Source of the DNA: Daphnia carinata
Lineage: Eukaryota
NCBI RefSeq assembly: GCF_022539665.2
Contig: NC_081331.1
Span: forward strand, 11,594,001-11,658,000
Direction of reading: 5' to 3'
DNA length: 64,000 nucleotides
The notes under the pieces: model-generated
What the model saw: only the letters and a program-made list of their open reading frames with translations
Told to the model about the DNA's origin: nothing
Databases searched by the model: none
Position numbers and translations under genes: made by a program
In this document: piece after piece, positions 1-12,100 of the stretch
Layout of the letters: the number at the start of each line of letters is the position of its first letter
Numbering within the stretch: position 1 is the stretch's first letter

Positions 1-72
1 CTATCATTAGGTTAGGAATGTGCGCTATAATTTCTTAAGAATCCATTCTACAAGATTCTTTTATTGTTGTAG

Positions 73-308
73 AATCACCACTACCTGATGTGGCTACAGA
101 CAACATTTCATTAGAGGACAAGTTTCGTTCTCGAGCTTCCACGGAAGGCAGCTTGAATTTCAGGAATAAGCGCGTCATTCATCGTTGTGTGCAGCCTGCA
201 ACGCCTCATCTCGATCAACCAGCAGTGCCCACTACGTGTAACATAACCAACAAGAGGCCTGCTCGTCGAATGAGTATCAGCTTAAGAGGCGCTAGCAGTG
301 CATTCTAA
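73..308 (+). CDS. Terminal coding exon of an unidentified gene that starts left of the window
   Basis: Acceptor ttgttgtag ends at 72; open frame SPLPDVATD...RSRASTEG...ASSAF* to TAA 308. No recognisable domain. Confidence 0.5.
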
Positions 309-1178
309 ATCTATTTTACGTTTGCTTCTTGCTGTTATTGTGTAATTTTAATGACATGTTGAAATGTGTTTTCACTGCAACGAAGCCAGTTTTAAAAATA
401 TTTAAGACAAAACTGAATCCTCTTTTTATAAAGCTTTTATGAGCGAAATTGTTGCGACGAGACCAAATGTCCCAGTGTGAATCTTTGATGAACCAGCTGT
501 GACTTGGAAGAAAAATTCCGATATTTCCAACACAGAAATATCCGTGGCACCATTTTATTGTGTAAGTTCTATGGATCTGGTATGACGTACAATGCTGGTC
601 ATTTCAAGTTGACGCATTTACAGTACAGATTCCGGTGAACATATAAAAGAGGAATATAAACCAGTGCTATGTTAATTGGAGATTCCGTCTATATTTTACG
701 GATTTACAAACGCAGAAGCAATACACACTTTTGCGTGTATCGCGCATCGGTGTAAGTAAAAAAGAAATGCTAAAATGTTTGCATCGTTGACGGAGGCGAA
801 CATTTGGCGTTCCCCAGTAATATTGTCTGAATGTCTAGGAATATCTACTTATATCGTATTCAGTTTTTATAGCAGTTTTTCATGGGCGGTTTTCTTTTGT
901 TGTTATATGACTTGCTTTGCGCCCCTATTTCTAAAAATGATCGCACGTCCTCCACAGTTACCTGTGAATTTGCATATTTTGCAGGTGGGATTTTTAGAGT
1001 AGTGAAACAGTAAGGCCGAAATGAAAGTTTCTCTGTCCTACCGCTCTATCCCCATCGCTTGCACTTGCAAATTACAATTACAAAAACTCCACCTAGCGAA
1101 AAAGAAACAAAGCTATAAGAGAAATTCCACCGCGAAAACAACCCGTTGACGTTAATCACTCTCCAACTATTTCAAAAG

Positions 1179-3283
1179 ATGGAAGATGTTAAGGATGAGA
1201 ACTTGTCTCATAGTAAACCTACGGATAAATCTAATAATGCCGAAGTGACTGAAGAATCAGTTATTAAAGATGAGACTCTACCAGGAACTACCACCAAGAA
1301 AGGAAAAATTCGTAAAAGAAAAAAAGGACTTCACACAGCAATCAGGAATCAGATGGAATTTTATTTTAGTGATGCCAATATATCAAAAGATAGATTTATG
1401 CAGACTGTCATCAAAGATGGACCAGGTAAAAAGTCTTTCCATTTCATCCCGTCACATTTTCAAGATGCCTACATATAGCTTACATTTCACAGAAATTCTC
1501 CTTGATGTTTTCATGAACTTTAACAAGCTACGTTCATTAACAGAAGATCCAAAAGAAATTGCTAAGGTTTGTTTGGTTTTTATTATATTTCATCCTTTAG
1601 CTAGCATTTTAAATAACCTTCTATGTATTCTAAGGCTTTGAAATTTTCTACAATATTGAAACTGAGTGAGGACGAGACAAAGGTTTCAAGAATTACTCCC
1701 TTTCGCCCAAAGTCGCAAGAAGAAGTTGACCTCTGCACCTTATATGTGGTAAGTTGAAAATAGAAATAACTTCAATAGTTATTTGGTTCATTTCCAAAAA
1801 AAATTATTTCATGTATCAAGGAAAACCTACCACCCCATGCCACGATAGAGTGGATAACCAGTATATTTTCTGAATACGGAGTTGTTGCATATGTTTCTTT
1901 ACCAAAATTTAAAGATGCATCACGAATCAAAGGATTTGCATTTGTTGAGTTTAGTGATCCTGATTCTGCTGCCAAAGCTGTCAATGTAAGTTTTCTCTAC
2001 TCCATCCTAAATTAGGATAAAAACAAGTGAACTAAAATATTGATTATAGGCATATGCAGCATCAAGTGCCTATAGGCTACTCTCTGAAGACCCTGGGCAG
2101 TTATGTAGCATCCGATCATTTAATGCAGAGTATGTCATATTTTTCTTTCGTAATTTTATCGATTTCATTTCTATTACGTTACACCTCATAGATTTTTTTT
2201 TTTTTTTTTTTTCTGAACTTAAGGAATCAGGATGGGAAAGCAACAGAAAACAGAGAGAACCCGAAAGCAGAGACAGAGGAAGAGCACAATAATGAACCAA
2301 AAGCAAAGAGGCAGAAAGTGGAGAAAGATGAGCCACCAACAGAAGAACTTCTTCCTGAAAAACAGACGGGTGAAATGATAGTTGAAGCAAAAACAATTAA
2401 CAAAAATGAATCAAAAGGTATTCAAAAGAAAAGACCGCAGTCGCAAATTTTTAAAGATGAAGTTGATCAAGAAAAACACAACTTGTCATTACAAGTCATG
2501 TCAAAGTAAGTTTCTTTTCGTCGTTTTACTGCCAGACAAATAACTTTCAACTATCCCCCTTTCTTTTAAGGAAGGAGTGGAAGAAGTTGCGAAACAAGTA
2601 CCTTGATATGCAGCGCAAGTGTGTTCGCCAAATTCGGATGAATTCTCGACGACAATACATGAACGAAAACCGATTCGGTTCTTCCACTGAAGAGCCTGAG
2701 CCGCAAACACATGGGGTTAAACCTGAGCCCTGCCCCGATTTTGAACCTGGTTTAATTGTCAAAATTATCCTCGATGAACCTATTTCGGACGCCAAACGTT
2801 TCAAAGTAAATTCTTTATTAGAATTACCGGAAACCAGAAATGCAACTAATTGAATATTTCTAATGACGCTTTTTAGAGTCAAGTCAAATGCCAGGATGGA
2901 GTAACCTATGTTGAAGCGCAAGATTGCGCCCAAGTTGCTTTTGTACGATGCACCGATGATGCTGCAGCGCAATCTCTAGTGAAAAAGAATATATGGAGCC
3001 AATCGGAAATCCTTCAAGGTTTATCTCTTTTTCCAAAATGATTTACGGAAAAATTAGCATCACTATTGCGATTGTAGGTGAAGAAGAACGCGATTATTGG
3101 AAAAAGATTGAAGAGAATCGATTAAAGAAACGCGATAAATCTTCGCGACCAAAAAAATCAGGAGCTGAACGAGCACGTCAGAAAAAGGAATCCATAATTG
3201 ATGCAGACCAACCCGGTTATCCGACTCGGGCTGTACAGCATAAAAATCTGCACATTCGCTTCGACGAAGGAAACGACGATTAG
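1179..3283 (+). CDS. LARP7: La-related protein 7 (7SK/U6-binding), multi-exon
   Basis: La motif (IRNQMEFYFSDANISKDRF...FNKLRSLT), RRM1 (TLYVENLP...YVSLPKFK...KGFAFVEF), KEWKKLRNKYL helix, C-terminal xRRM (FEPGLIVKI...GEEERDYWKKI) and HIRFDE tail; GT-AG introns connect the frames. Confidence 0.92.
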
Positions 3284-3349
3284 GTCACATACTCGCCATG
3301 ACGGTCTAAATGATTGGTTTTATAAATTTCTCTTGTTCAAAGAGTACAA

Positions 3350-3597
3350 CATTCTTGAGATCTGGTTCGCTTAATATTGTTTCTAACCGACACAGACGTT
3401 CGTCCAAGCGCTATCCAGCACTTGGTAAATGTTGAAGATTTACGAGAGGTCTTCGTGTTCAGAGATTTCGGGGCATTGCCGACTGTTCCTGTGCACAGGA
3501 GCGGTGGCGTAATCAGTGGTAACTTGCATTACCTTATCATTGCAAACCGAAAGTAAGGCGCCCGTGTTCCTGGGTTGAAGAGCTTCAACGACTTTTT
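3350..3597 (+). ncRNA. Candidate structured small RNA of unknown family (Pol III-like) behind LARP7
   Basis: TATAAA 3321-3326; no T4 run until TTTTT 3593-3597; several stems containing G.U pairs on the + strand; 3' hairpin GTTGAAG/CTTCAAC before the T-run. Confidence 0.35.
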
Positions 3598-3865
3598 AAA
3601 AAAATTCCAGCATTATCGAAAAGACCTTAAGTTCAGCCAGGGGGCCGATTTGCTGGACATTGTAGTTGGCTTACCAGCTACGACGTTCAGTGCACATGGC
3701 GTTATTGATATTTGTGTAACGCATTTGAAAACTTCCGGCGAAAAAAGGAAGCATTGCATTTGCAAATGTTTTCGTTTTAATCGTTCGAGTAGTGGTATCG
3801 CATATTTTATGCAATCAAGAAGTGATAGACAAACAAATGTGCCAAAACAGAAAAAAATGCATAGA

Positions 3866-6235
3866 TTAATCCAAGTCAATGAACCTAAACCGCAGTGGCT
3901 GGTCGGGTGCATTTACTATTCGCGAGAGACATCCAATATCTTCGTAATGGTATTCGACTTTGAAGTTTTGCAAAATCTTGTTAAAAAATGATGACATTAG
4001 TAATGGTTGTAATTGTTTGACATTGATATTTCTTTTACTTTGGTGGTTAGCTGCCACATTTCAAGTTCTGCAAGTCGACGGCCTATGCACATGCGCGTTC
4101 CGAAGCCGAAAGGAAGTACCACGTATTTGTGGTGATGGCTTTCAAGGGGATCACCTTTAATCCATCGTTCTGGTACAAATGCTTCAGCATTTGGAAAATA
4201 CTCGTCCATGAGTGCCATCAATTGATGAAGAAACACCACCAGTGACTTCAAGAGGCAAACAAACATAGAAATACGAAAGAGATTGAACTGAATTTTGCAT
4301 TTACCCCTTTAGGAACACGATAACCGGAAAGGACTAGGTCCTTGTCAATGATACGGGCATTTCCGACCGCCGCTGGCCTTAATCTGGAAAACGAGCAACA
4401 TGGCAATATTGAACGAAAATTTTAAATTGTAAGAATTAACTAACCGCAGGCTTTCTTTGATGCAGGCCTTTAAGTAATGAAGTTCATTGAGAGCTCCGGG
4501 AGTGACCAGTTTACCTTTGGGTCCGACAACAGTGAGTATCTCATTTCGTAATTTTTCTTGTTTATCTGGATTTCTTGCCAAGAAGTAGAGAAGGAATGAA
4601 GTGGTGTGCGACGTCTATGGAAATGGAACCAATGTATTCTTTTGTAGTAAAAAGAAAAAGAAGCGTCTTAATTACCGTGTCAATTCCTGCCATGAGCATA
4701 TCAATCACCATGACAGTAGCGTCTTTCACAGACATTCCACGGATAAAGAACTCCTCTGAAAACCAAAGGTTATTTTATTTTTAGATGTGAACTAAAATTG
4801 AACTATTATTCATTAAAAAATCAAGCAAACACTATTTCAATTTACCTAGAATACTTGGATCTTCTTCAGAATCAGCTGGTTTGTTCTTCATCATCTCTAT
4901 GGTCTGCTTAACATACTTTAGGGCCGTACTGAATGGCAGAATTCATTAACTGGTATTTGCTCTAGATTAACCAACAAATGGGAGTATAAACACTGATTTA
5001 CTCAGTGAAAAAGTCCTGCGCTTCGTAAAGCCTTTTGAGTGTCGGTGTTGAAATGTACTTCCATACCGGAAGACCGTACTCGAGCTCATTGACGGCAGTG
5101 AACGACAGGTTCGCGGCTCTGATCATCTTCTGTGCTTCTGAATCCGGTGCCAGATTAGGATCTAGACATCCTAGTCTAGTATTAAAACCGACTACCCCCA
5201 CAGCTGTGGAAAGTTTTTAAAGATTAATGATGTGCAATCTTTTGCAACTAACTGTTTACACTTACATTCTAGAGCCCACCGATACATCTCGTTGACAAAG
5301 TCAGGATTCATCTCGTTGTTTTCTTGTCGAATCAGCCGAATTCTGTGGTAATTCAGAATGCAAATAATTTTATACACATGTCCAATGGTTCGTTTCAACA
5401 AGAATGGAACAATACCTTACCTGTCAATAAATTCTTGGGCAATTTGGCCTAGTACTGGAACGTAATTGTTGACGTTTTTCGTTTTCAGGAACGGCTGCTG
5501 AGCTTTGGAACGAATGTTCCACCATGGTTCACCGTTGCCCGCCAAAATACCGGCGGAAGTAAACTGGTCTATGCGTTCTGCGCGATAAGCTTTCAATGTT
5601 TCGAATCCCGGACGATCGGGAAACTTCCCTTCGGCACGAAGAACTCTGCACAACTGGTGAGTTAGTAATTAAGTTCCTACTAAAGAAAAAGAAAGAGAGA
5701 AATTCTAAAGCAAATGTCACTTTTCAGCATCCTCGGGTCGTGCGGTCGAAACTAGTGGAGGTGCTCCCGGAATGGTATCCCTCCATATGTAACCAAGCTC
5801 CTTGAATCGGAGTTGATGTAGTTCCAGCACGCGAGTTACTGGTATCCCAGCTCCTATATCACATTCCTTATTTCACTCTTCATATTTCTTTCCTTTTTTG
5901 AAAACAATCTACTGTGCCTATGTTTTTGGATTTCCTTTAACTAAGTTTGCTATAGAAGATCGCCATACGATACCTACAATGGGAAGTAGACCCCAACTGG
6001 TTCCTAGAAGAGGCAACACTCGAATACTAGGCATTTCATCAAAAGGTTTGGCATTATTCCATTCAACATCTTCCGTAATGGAATTATCTCGGCCATTATT
6101 TGTTGTGTTGTTTTTTAGGACAACCTGTGAAGAAGCGACCGAGGCTTTGCAACGCCGTATGACGCACGTCTGAATCACGAACTGTTGTTGATAAAACACA
6201 CCCAACCTTCGTCCAAGATTAATGTGAGCCATCAT
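3866..6235 (-). CDS. Cytochrome P450, mitochondrial clan (CYP12/49/301/362-like), copy A
   Basis: AGIDTT I-helix, KESLR (ExxR), PERW, heme motif PFGFGTRMCIG; Arg-containing N-terminal extension resembling a mitochondrial presequence; last exon ...RFRFIDLD*. Confidence 0.92.
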
Positions 6236-6976
6236 ACCGCTCCTATAAAACCAAGGTAAATATTTCAGATTAGTTATCTAACTTGTATGCATCAGCACAA
6301 TATTTTAAGTCTTATCTTATGATGACTGCACGTTGTGAAAGTATTAGGGCCTTTTCATGTAACAAAGAATAAATATGCTGACAAAATACTGTCAGTCTGC
6401 GTAGCACATCGAACATTAAAAATCGCGCCGATTACCTGGATCAGAAGAAATAGTATCCTATTGGTCCGCAGCGATTTTGACGTAGCGCTTACAATACCTA
6501 AAGCTGTTCACGACCTAGAAAATAACACGAATCATCAGAGTGTTAGTCTAGGAACCTTTAAATCTACACAATTTTTTCCGCGAACCCTGACAGCTTAGTT
6601 GCTTCACTGCCCCACGCAGGCTGGCAGGTGCGTTTTACTGAAAATAGACATAAGGCATTAACTTATATTTTACCTTATGTGTGACCGATGGTAATCCAGG
6701 TAGCCGAGAGACGTAGTTTGTACTGTCATGTAGTGGCAAGTCTACGCGGGCGGTACCGCTGATAACTAAATACTACGCGCCCAGCAAACAGCACTGCGCA
6801 TGTGCAACATTAAAAAAGTCATTTTTGAATTGTGTTCCTACCAACAGCCAGAATTACGTCATAAGAATACAGGTCTATTGATACTCATACAAACAATATA
6901 TATGTACACGAAAGGTCCCATTGCGTATAAATTACAATCATTTAACAAATCACAGATGAGTTACGTATATGGCAGT

Positions 6977-9190
6977 TTACAAGTCAATAAACTTAAAGAG
7001 CAGCGGTTTGTCAGGCATGTTGGTCATCCTCATGAAGCAACTCATGTCTTCGTGGTCGTATTCCACTTTGAAATTTTGTAGCATCTGCGGAATAAAATGA
7101 AAATTGAACACCTTCCGCTAGATAAGGATAGAATAAGATGGTATTCTTACCTTAATTGTTAGCTGCTGGATTTCAAGCTCAGCTATTTTCCGCCCTATGC
7201 ACATTCTCGTTCCAGAACCAAATGGCAGCGTCACATACTGTTTTAAGCGCGTATCATAGTTACTTCACTTATATTTTTACAATTATTACAGGTGTTTTAA
7301 TAGCATATGGATGGTGGTGGCTCTCTTGCGGATCGTCTTTGATCCAGCGCTCTGGAATGAATTGTTTTGCGTTTGGAAAGTACTCGTCCAGATGAGCCAT
7401 CAGTTGGTGTAGCGCAGCTACAAGAGTCTATAAAAATTTACAAAAATTAATGATTTTGTTTTCAACTTCAGAAAAACTCGGTAGGTAACCAATAGGTTTG
7501 TTTATACATGTTAAACGATTCAATAAGTAAATTTTGCTTACCCCCTTTGGTATAACGTAGCCAGATAGAACGAGGTCCTTATCAGTGATACGGGCATTTG
7601 CATTGGCGGCTGGCATTAACCTGCTCAATAAAAGAAGAATTTGAAATTTGCCGAAACCCTAAAACTGTTGCTAGCGGAAATGGAATTTTTACTGACCTGA
7701 AACTTTCTTTGATGCAAGCTTTAAGGTAAGGTAGACTGTTGATGGTGTTGGCAGTGGGCACAGTTCCTTTAGGTCCGACAACAGAAAGAATTTCTTGTCT
7801 CAACTTCTCTTGTTTTTCAGGATTTTTCGCCAAATAATAGAGCAAGAATGCACTTGTGTTGGCACTCTGTGTAGAGTAATGAATTATTAGTCAAACAGAA
7901 TAATGTTTCCTTCTTTTTATTGATGGCTTACAGTGTCTACTCCGGCCATCAACATGTCTATAACCATTGTGACGACATCACTGGGCTCCATTCCGCGTAC
8001 AAGCAGCAGCTGTTCGAGCATACTTAAATAGGAATCGAACGAGCTTCCTTTCAGAGCCTCCACCGTCTGGCTGATGTATTTTATCGTTGTACTTATAAAG
8101 CAGAATTTCAAAAGACCATCTGTTACTGGTCGCTGTCTTTAAACTTTAGGTACTCCTAATCTAAATCAACTCACTCTGTCAAGAAATCTTGGGCATCGTA
8201 GAGCTTTTGCAGCATCGGCGTCACGAAGAACTTCCAGAACGGAAAGTTATGCTCCAGATCATTGATGGCATCAAACGAGAAGTTGGCGGCATTAATCAAT
8301 TTTTGGGCCTCCGAATCTGGAGCTAAATCCGATCGGAGGCAACCTAGCCGAGTATTCAATCCAACCACACCGACAGCTGAAAAAACGTTCCAAAATTCTC
8401 TAAATATAGGACTATTATTTGAGCTTTATCTATTTAACTTACATTCAAGTGCCCATCTGTACATTTCATTGATGAAATCTGGTTTCATTTCATTGTTTTC
8501 AGGTCGAATCAAACGAATTCTGTTACAGCCAAATGAGATTTTTTAATCATTCCCATCAGATGTGAGTTTCCTTTCTTTTCATTACCTGTCGATAAAATCT
8601 TCGGCAATGTCGTTCAAAATGGGTATGTAATGCGAAGCATTTTTCGGTTTCAGGAAAGTTTGCTGGGCTTTTGATCGTGTCTGCCACCAAGCATCACCAC
8701 TTGACAGTAGAATACCGGCAGAGGTGAAATCTTTGAGCCGTTGAGCACGGTAAGCTTTAATCGTATCCATACCCGGGCGTACCGGATGTTTTCCTTCTGA
8801 TTTAAATAACCTATTTCGTTCAGAAGGAAAACAGATTGTTAGCCGCTAGTTCTGTATGAATTCAAAGGGTTAAGTACTTTTCGACATCCTCTGGTCTGGC
8901 AGTATAGACGATGGGTGGTCTTCCTGGAACGATATCCCTCCAGATGTATCCGAATTGCTTAAAGCGAAGTGTTTGCAATTCAAGCATTCTACTGATAGGA
9001 ATTCCATCTCCTAAACCAAGCAATTCGTTTAGTAAATTGCAGAGATTCGTAAAAGTGGAAGGGGAAGAAAAAGGGAGGGTTTTTTACCAACATATGGGAA
9101 CATGCCCCATGTCGTCCCGATGATCGGTAAAACCCTAAGTCCCGGCACCTGATCAAATGGTTTAGCGTTATCGAATTCGGTTGCGCTCAT
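6977..9190 (-). CDS. Cytochrome P450, mitochondrial clan, tandem copy B (carries a 70 bp insertion before the heme motif)
   Basis: Collinear exons with copy A; AGVDT, KESFR, PERW, PFGSGTRMCIG; first in-frame ATG 9190 (MSATEFDNAKPF); last exon ...KFIDL* at 6977. Confidence 0.85.
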
Positions 9191-12100
9191 TTTTTTTTTT
9201 TTACATGCGTGGCTATTTCGTGATGAGGGGATGACAAGACACAGTCGTTGTAAGCGTCTGAAAGGTTATGTCTGTAAAAGATAAGATGATCCACGTGTCA
9301 GTCAGAACGAACCAATAACTACTTTGCTTGTCGTTATCACAGCTATTATACGAGTTATTTTGGTTGGACTATAATAATCCAAACAGAAATGGTAGTTATC
9401 TAATACTTGATATTTGTTTTCTGAATTAGGACGGATATGGGTCTATCTATAGCGTCAGATACATTTCGAAAGTTCTATATCTGTAACAATGTAGTGGATA
9501 TATTAGTCTGGCTACTTGAACCCAAAAGAAGTGCCAGTTATTGTCCCCAAATTAGTAACGGCCACTCCTTATAGCTACAGGTATTGCGACGGCACTGGTG
9601 GTAAGCGAACTTATATCGTAACGAGATTAGTAATCACGCCTAGATTAACCGTTCACTGTTTATTTGGGTTTCACTATGTATAAATAATCGATGCGATCTT
9701 TTTACGTTTAACAACCATTAAGTTCCATGATTTGGAAACTATAGTCGATGAAACCAATTACGTATAAATCAAATGCTTCCGTACGGATTGGTAGGGGGAT
9801 GGAACTTGCACGAACGACATTTTAGTTCACTATTTAAATGAGTTCTGGTTGCGAATCTGTGGGAAGAAATCAATTGACGCCTACTTTTTATTATGGAGCA
9901 AACACAAAGGAAATTTTAAATTAGCAAGGCAAGGTGGAAAATGGCATCAGATATCACCGATTTACGATGATGTTCTAGTTGAACTGTTCGTTACACGTCT
10001 TATAGCAAAGTAACAGGCACTTATATTAGCAAATAAGATTGTATTACCTCGAAATTTTCGTAAAACGAGTAGTTTTTCTCTTAATTCTCTAGAAGAAGTA
10101 CAATGTCGGTGACCTTGTCTCTAACCAAGAAAAATGTAGACTTTTCCATTTGCAAAAAAAAAAAAAAGGTTTTCCTTACTCTCCCTCTGGAAGAAAACGC
10201 TGGCTACGCCCCCGTCGCAAACAATTTCGAATAGGGAAGTCTATCTAGTCTAGACGAACTAAACCTTCCAAGCTCTTGCCAGGCGCAAAGGAAAGAAAAG
10301 ACACAAAGCTAGACTTCTAACCAGTTCTGACATTATTTCTGAAATTTAAATCTCGTGGTGATCGTTACAGGAATCAGACATTTCAAATGGTGTTACGTTG
10401 ATATGGGATTTCTCTAGTGTAAGAAATGGAAGTCCATTACGGTGTGCTCGCTATCGCTAACTAGTGTAAAAATATTGAAGAACTATGGTGACAACTAAAA
10501 GGAGTTTTGTTCTTTACCATGTTAGAAAATCCGGAAGCAACACAGGATATAAACAGAGAGGCATCAACAACGCGACACCAACCTAACAGGTAACTAACTA
10601 CACTATTTAAAAACTGCACAAATGCGTTACTTTGATCTTTCTATAAAATACGATACGACGACGTTCTTGTTCTTAGAATGGAATGAATTTTTTAGACCTC
10701 TTGATATAATAGTTTCTTTAATGGGGAGGGAATGGGATAACGCTAGTCTGCAAAACTCGACGTTTCTGTCCGGAAACGTGAGGACGTTGTCCGCGGAAAA
10801 AAATTAAGTATTAGCACAATTTCTTTGTTTTGAAGGACTTTACGAATTACAGTGATTTAAACACAACTTGGCAAAACAAAGAATCAATCTGTACGTAAAT
10901 GTTTTTGAATGTCATGGCCTACAATTCTGTCAAACTAAAAAAAGAATGATTTTGGCGTACCTGACGAAATTCCTTACGACGTCAAAATACAGTACGCTCA
11001 GGCTACACTAATGTTTGCTACACTAACAAAGGTATTTTTATTTTTACTGAACAAAATCGCTTTCAACTTAATTCTGTACTTAAATATCAACTAGCTGAGA
11101 TTCTTGCTTTCGTTCAGATCGCGATACACGAACAGCACACTTTAGATTCCGCATTGTTATTGAATTAAACGGTAATGCAGTTGGCCTACACATGTTCTGT
11201 TTTGTGAACCATGAACGTTAGATATTTGTATTGCTTATTCATAAAGGTATGTGGCTAAACTTTCTTCATTTATCGCATATGTAACACTTATTTAAAAACT
11301 ATTGTACATAGGCCTATTGTTTATCTAAATTTAAACATTTTCTAATACGATGCTTTTAAATCTACTATCTAGGCATGTCGTGCAGCGTGCTTTTGTTTCA
11401 GCTCGTGCACGGTAAGAGAGCTCTTACCGTTTGGTTGCTTTTGTAGTAGCGAGACAAACCGTGTGTTTCTATAGGTTCGTTGAGTAGCTTGGTGAGCCTC
11501 GGAACTAATCATTTTGCGTTCTCACTGGCAGTTTTATTTAAATTTTCTAAATTCACACGACACCACCCACTAAGTAATCGATTTACAGTCGTGAAATCAG
11601 GAGTCATTGTGTACGCACTCAATGGCCTCCACATAGGTATGGAGGGTATCGCGGGAGAAACAATCGCTGTCGGGGCGTTAATAATCGACTCCGTCCTGAA
11701 TTTCTGGTTTTGGGCGGCCACACAACGATAAGAAATTTGAACAGTAGAGGTTGGGTTTGATGTCGATGGCTAAACGAAGATTCTGCCTATCATGTTCTAA
11801 AAGCCCTCATACGTATGTTGACATGCTTTGAAAATAAAATACAGAAATGGACTCTACGACCCTGTTCCAAAGCAGCAATCATTTCGACAGGTCGAAAAGT
11901 CGTTTTGATTAGAACAATGGACATTCAGATTAACGTTTCAGATTGAAAAATTCGCTACGTGAATGTCGTACGTACACCACTGAATTTTATTGTTATAAAA
12001 ACGATAGTGAAACACAACTGGAAAAGGTTTTATGTCCACACAGGACAAGCTGTTTAAAAATCATTGTTGCTCAACGCATGTCACTAATTAAAGATTATTT

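Noticed and set aside
10200..10214. CTGGCTACGCCCC resembling a DNA-transposon terminal repeat
   Set aside because: No matching opposite end or target duplication found in the window.
11409..11430. Perfect 10-bp inverted repeat ACGGTAAGAG-AG-CTCTTACCGT and nearby exon-like bits
   Set aside because: Isolated; no coherent gene model or element could be built around it.
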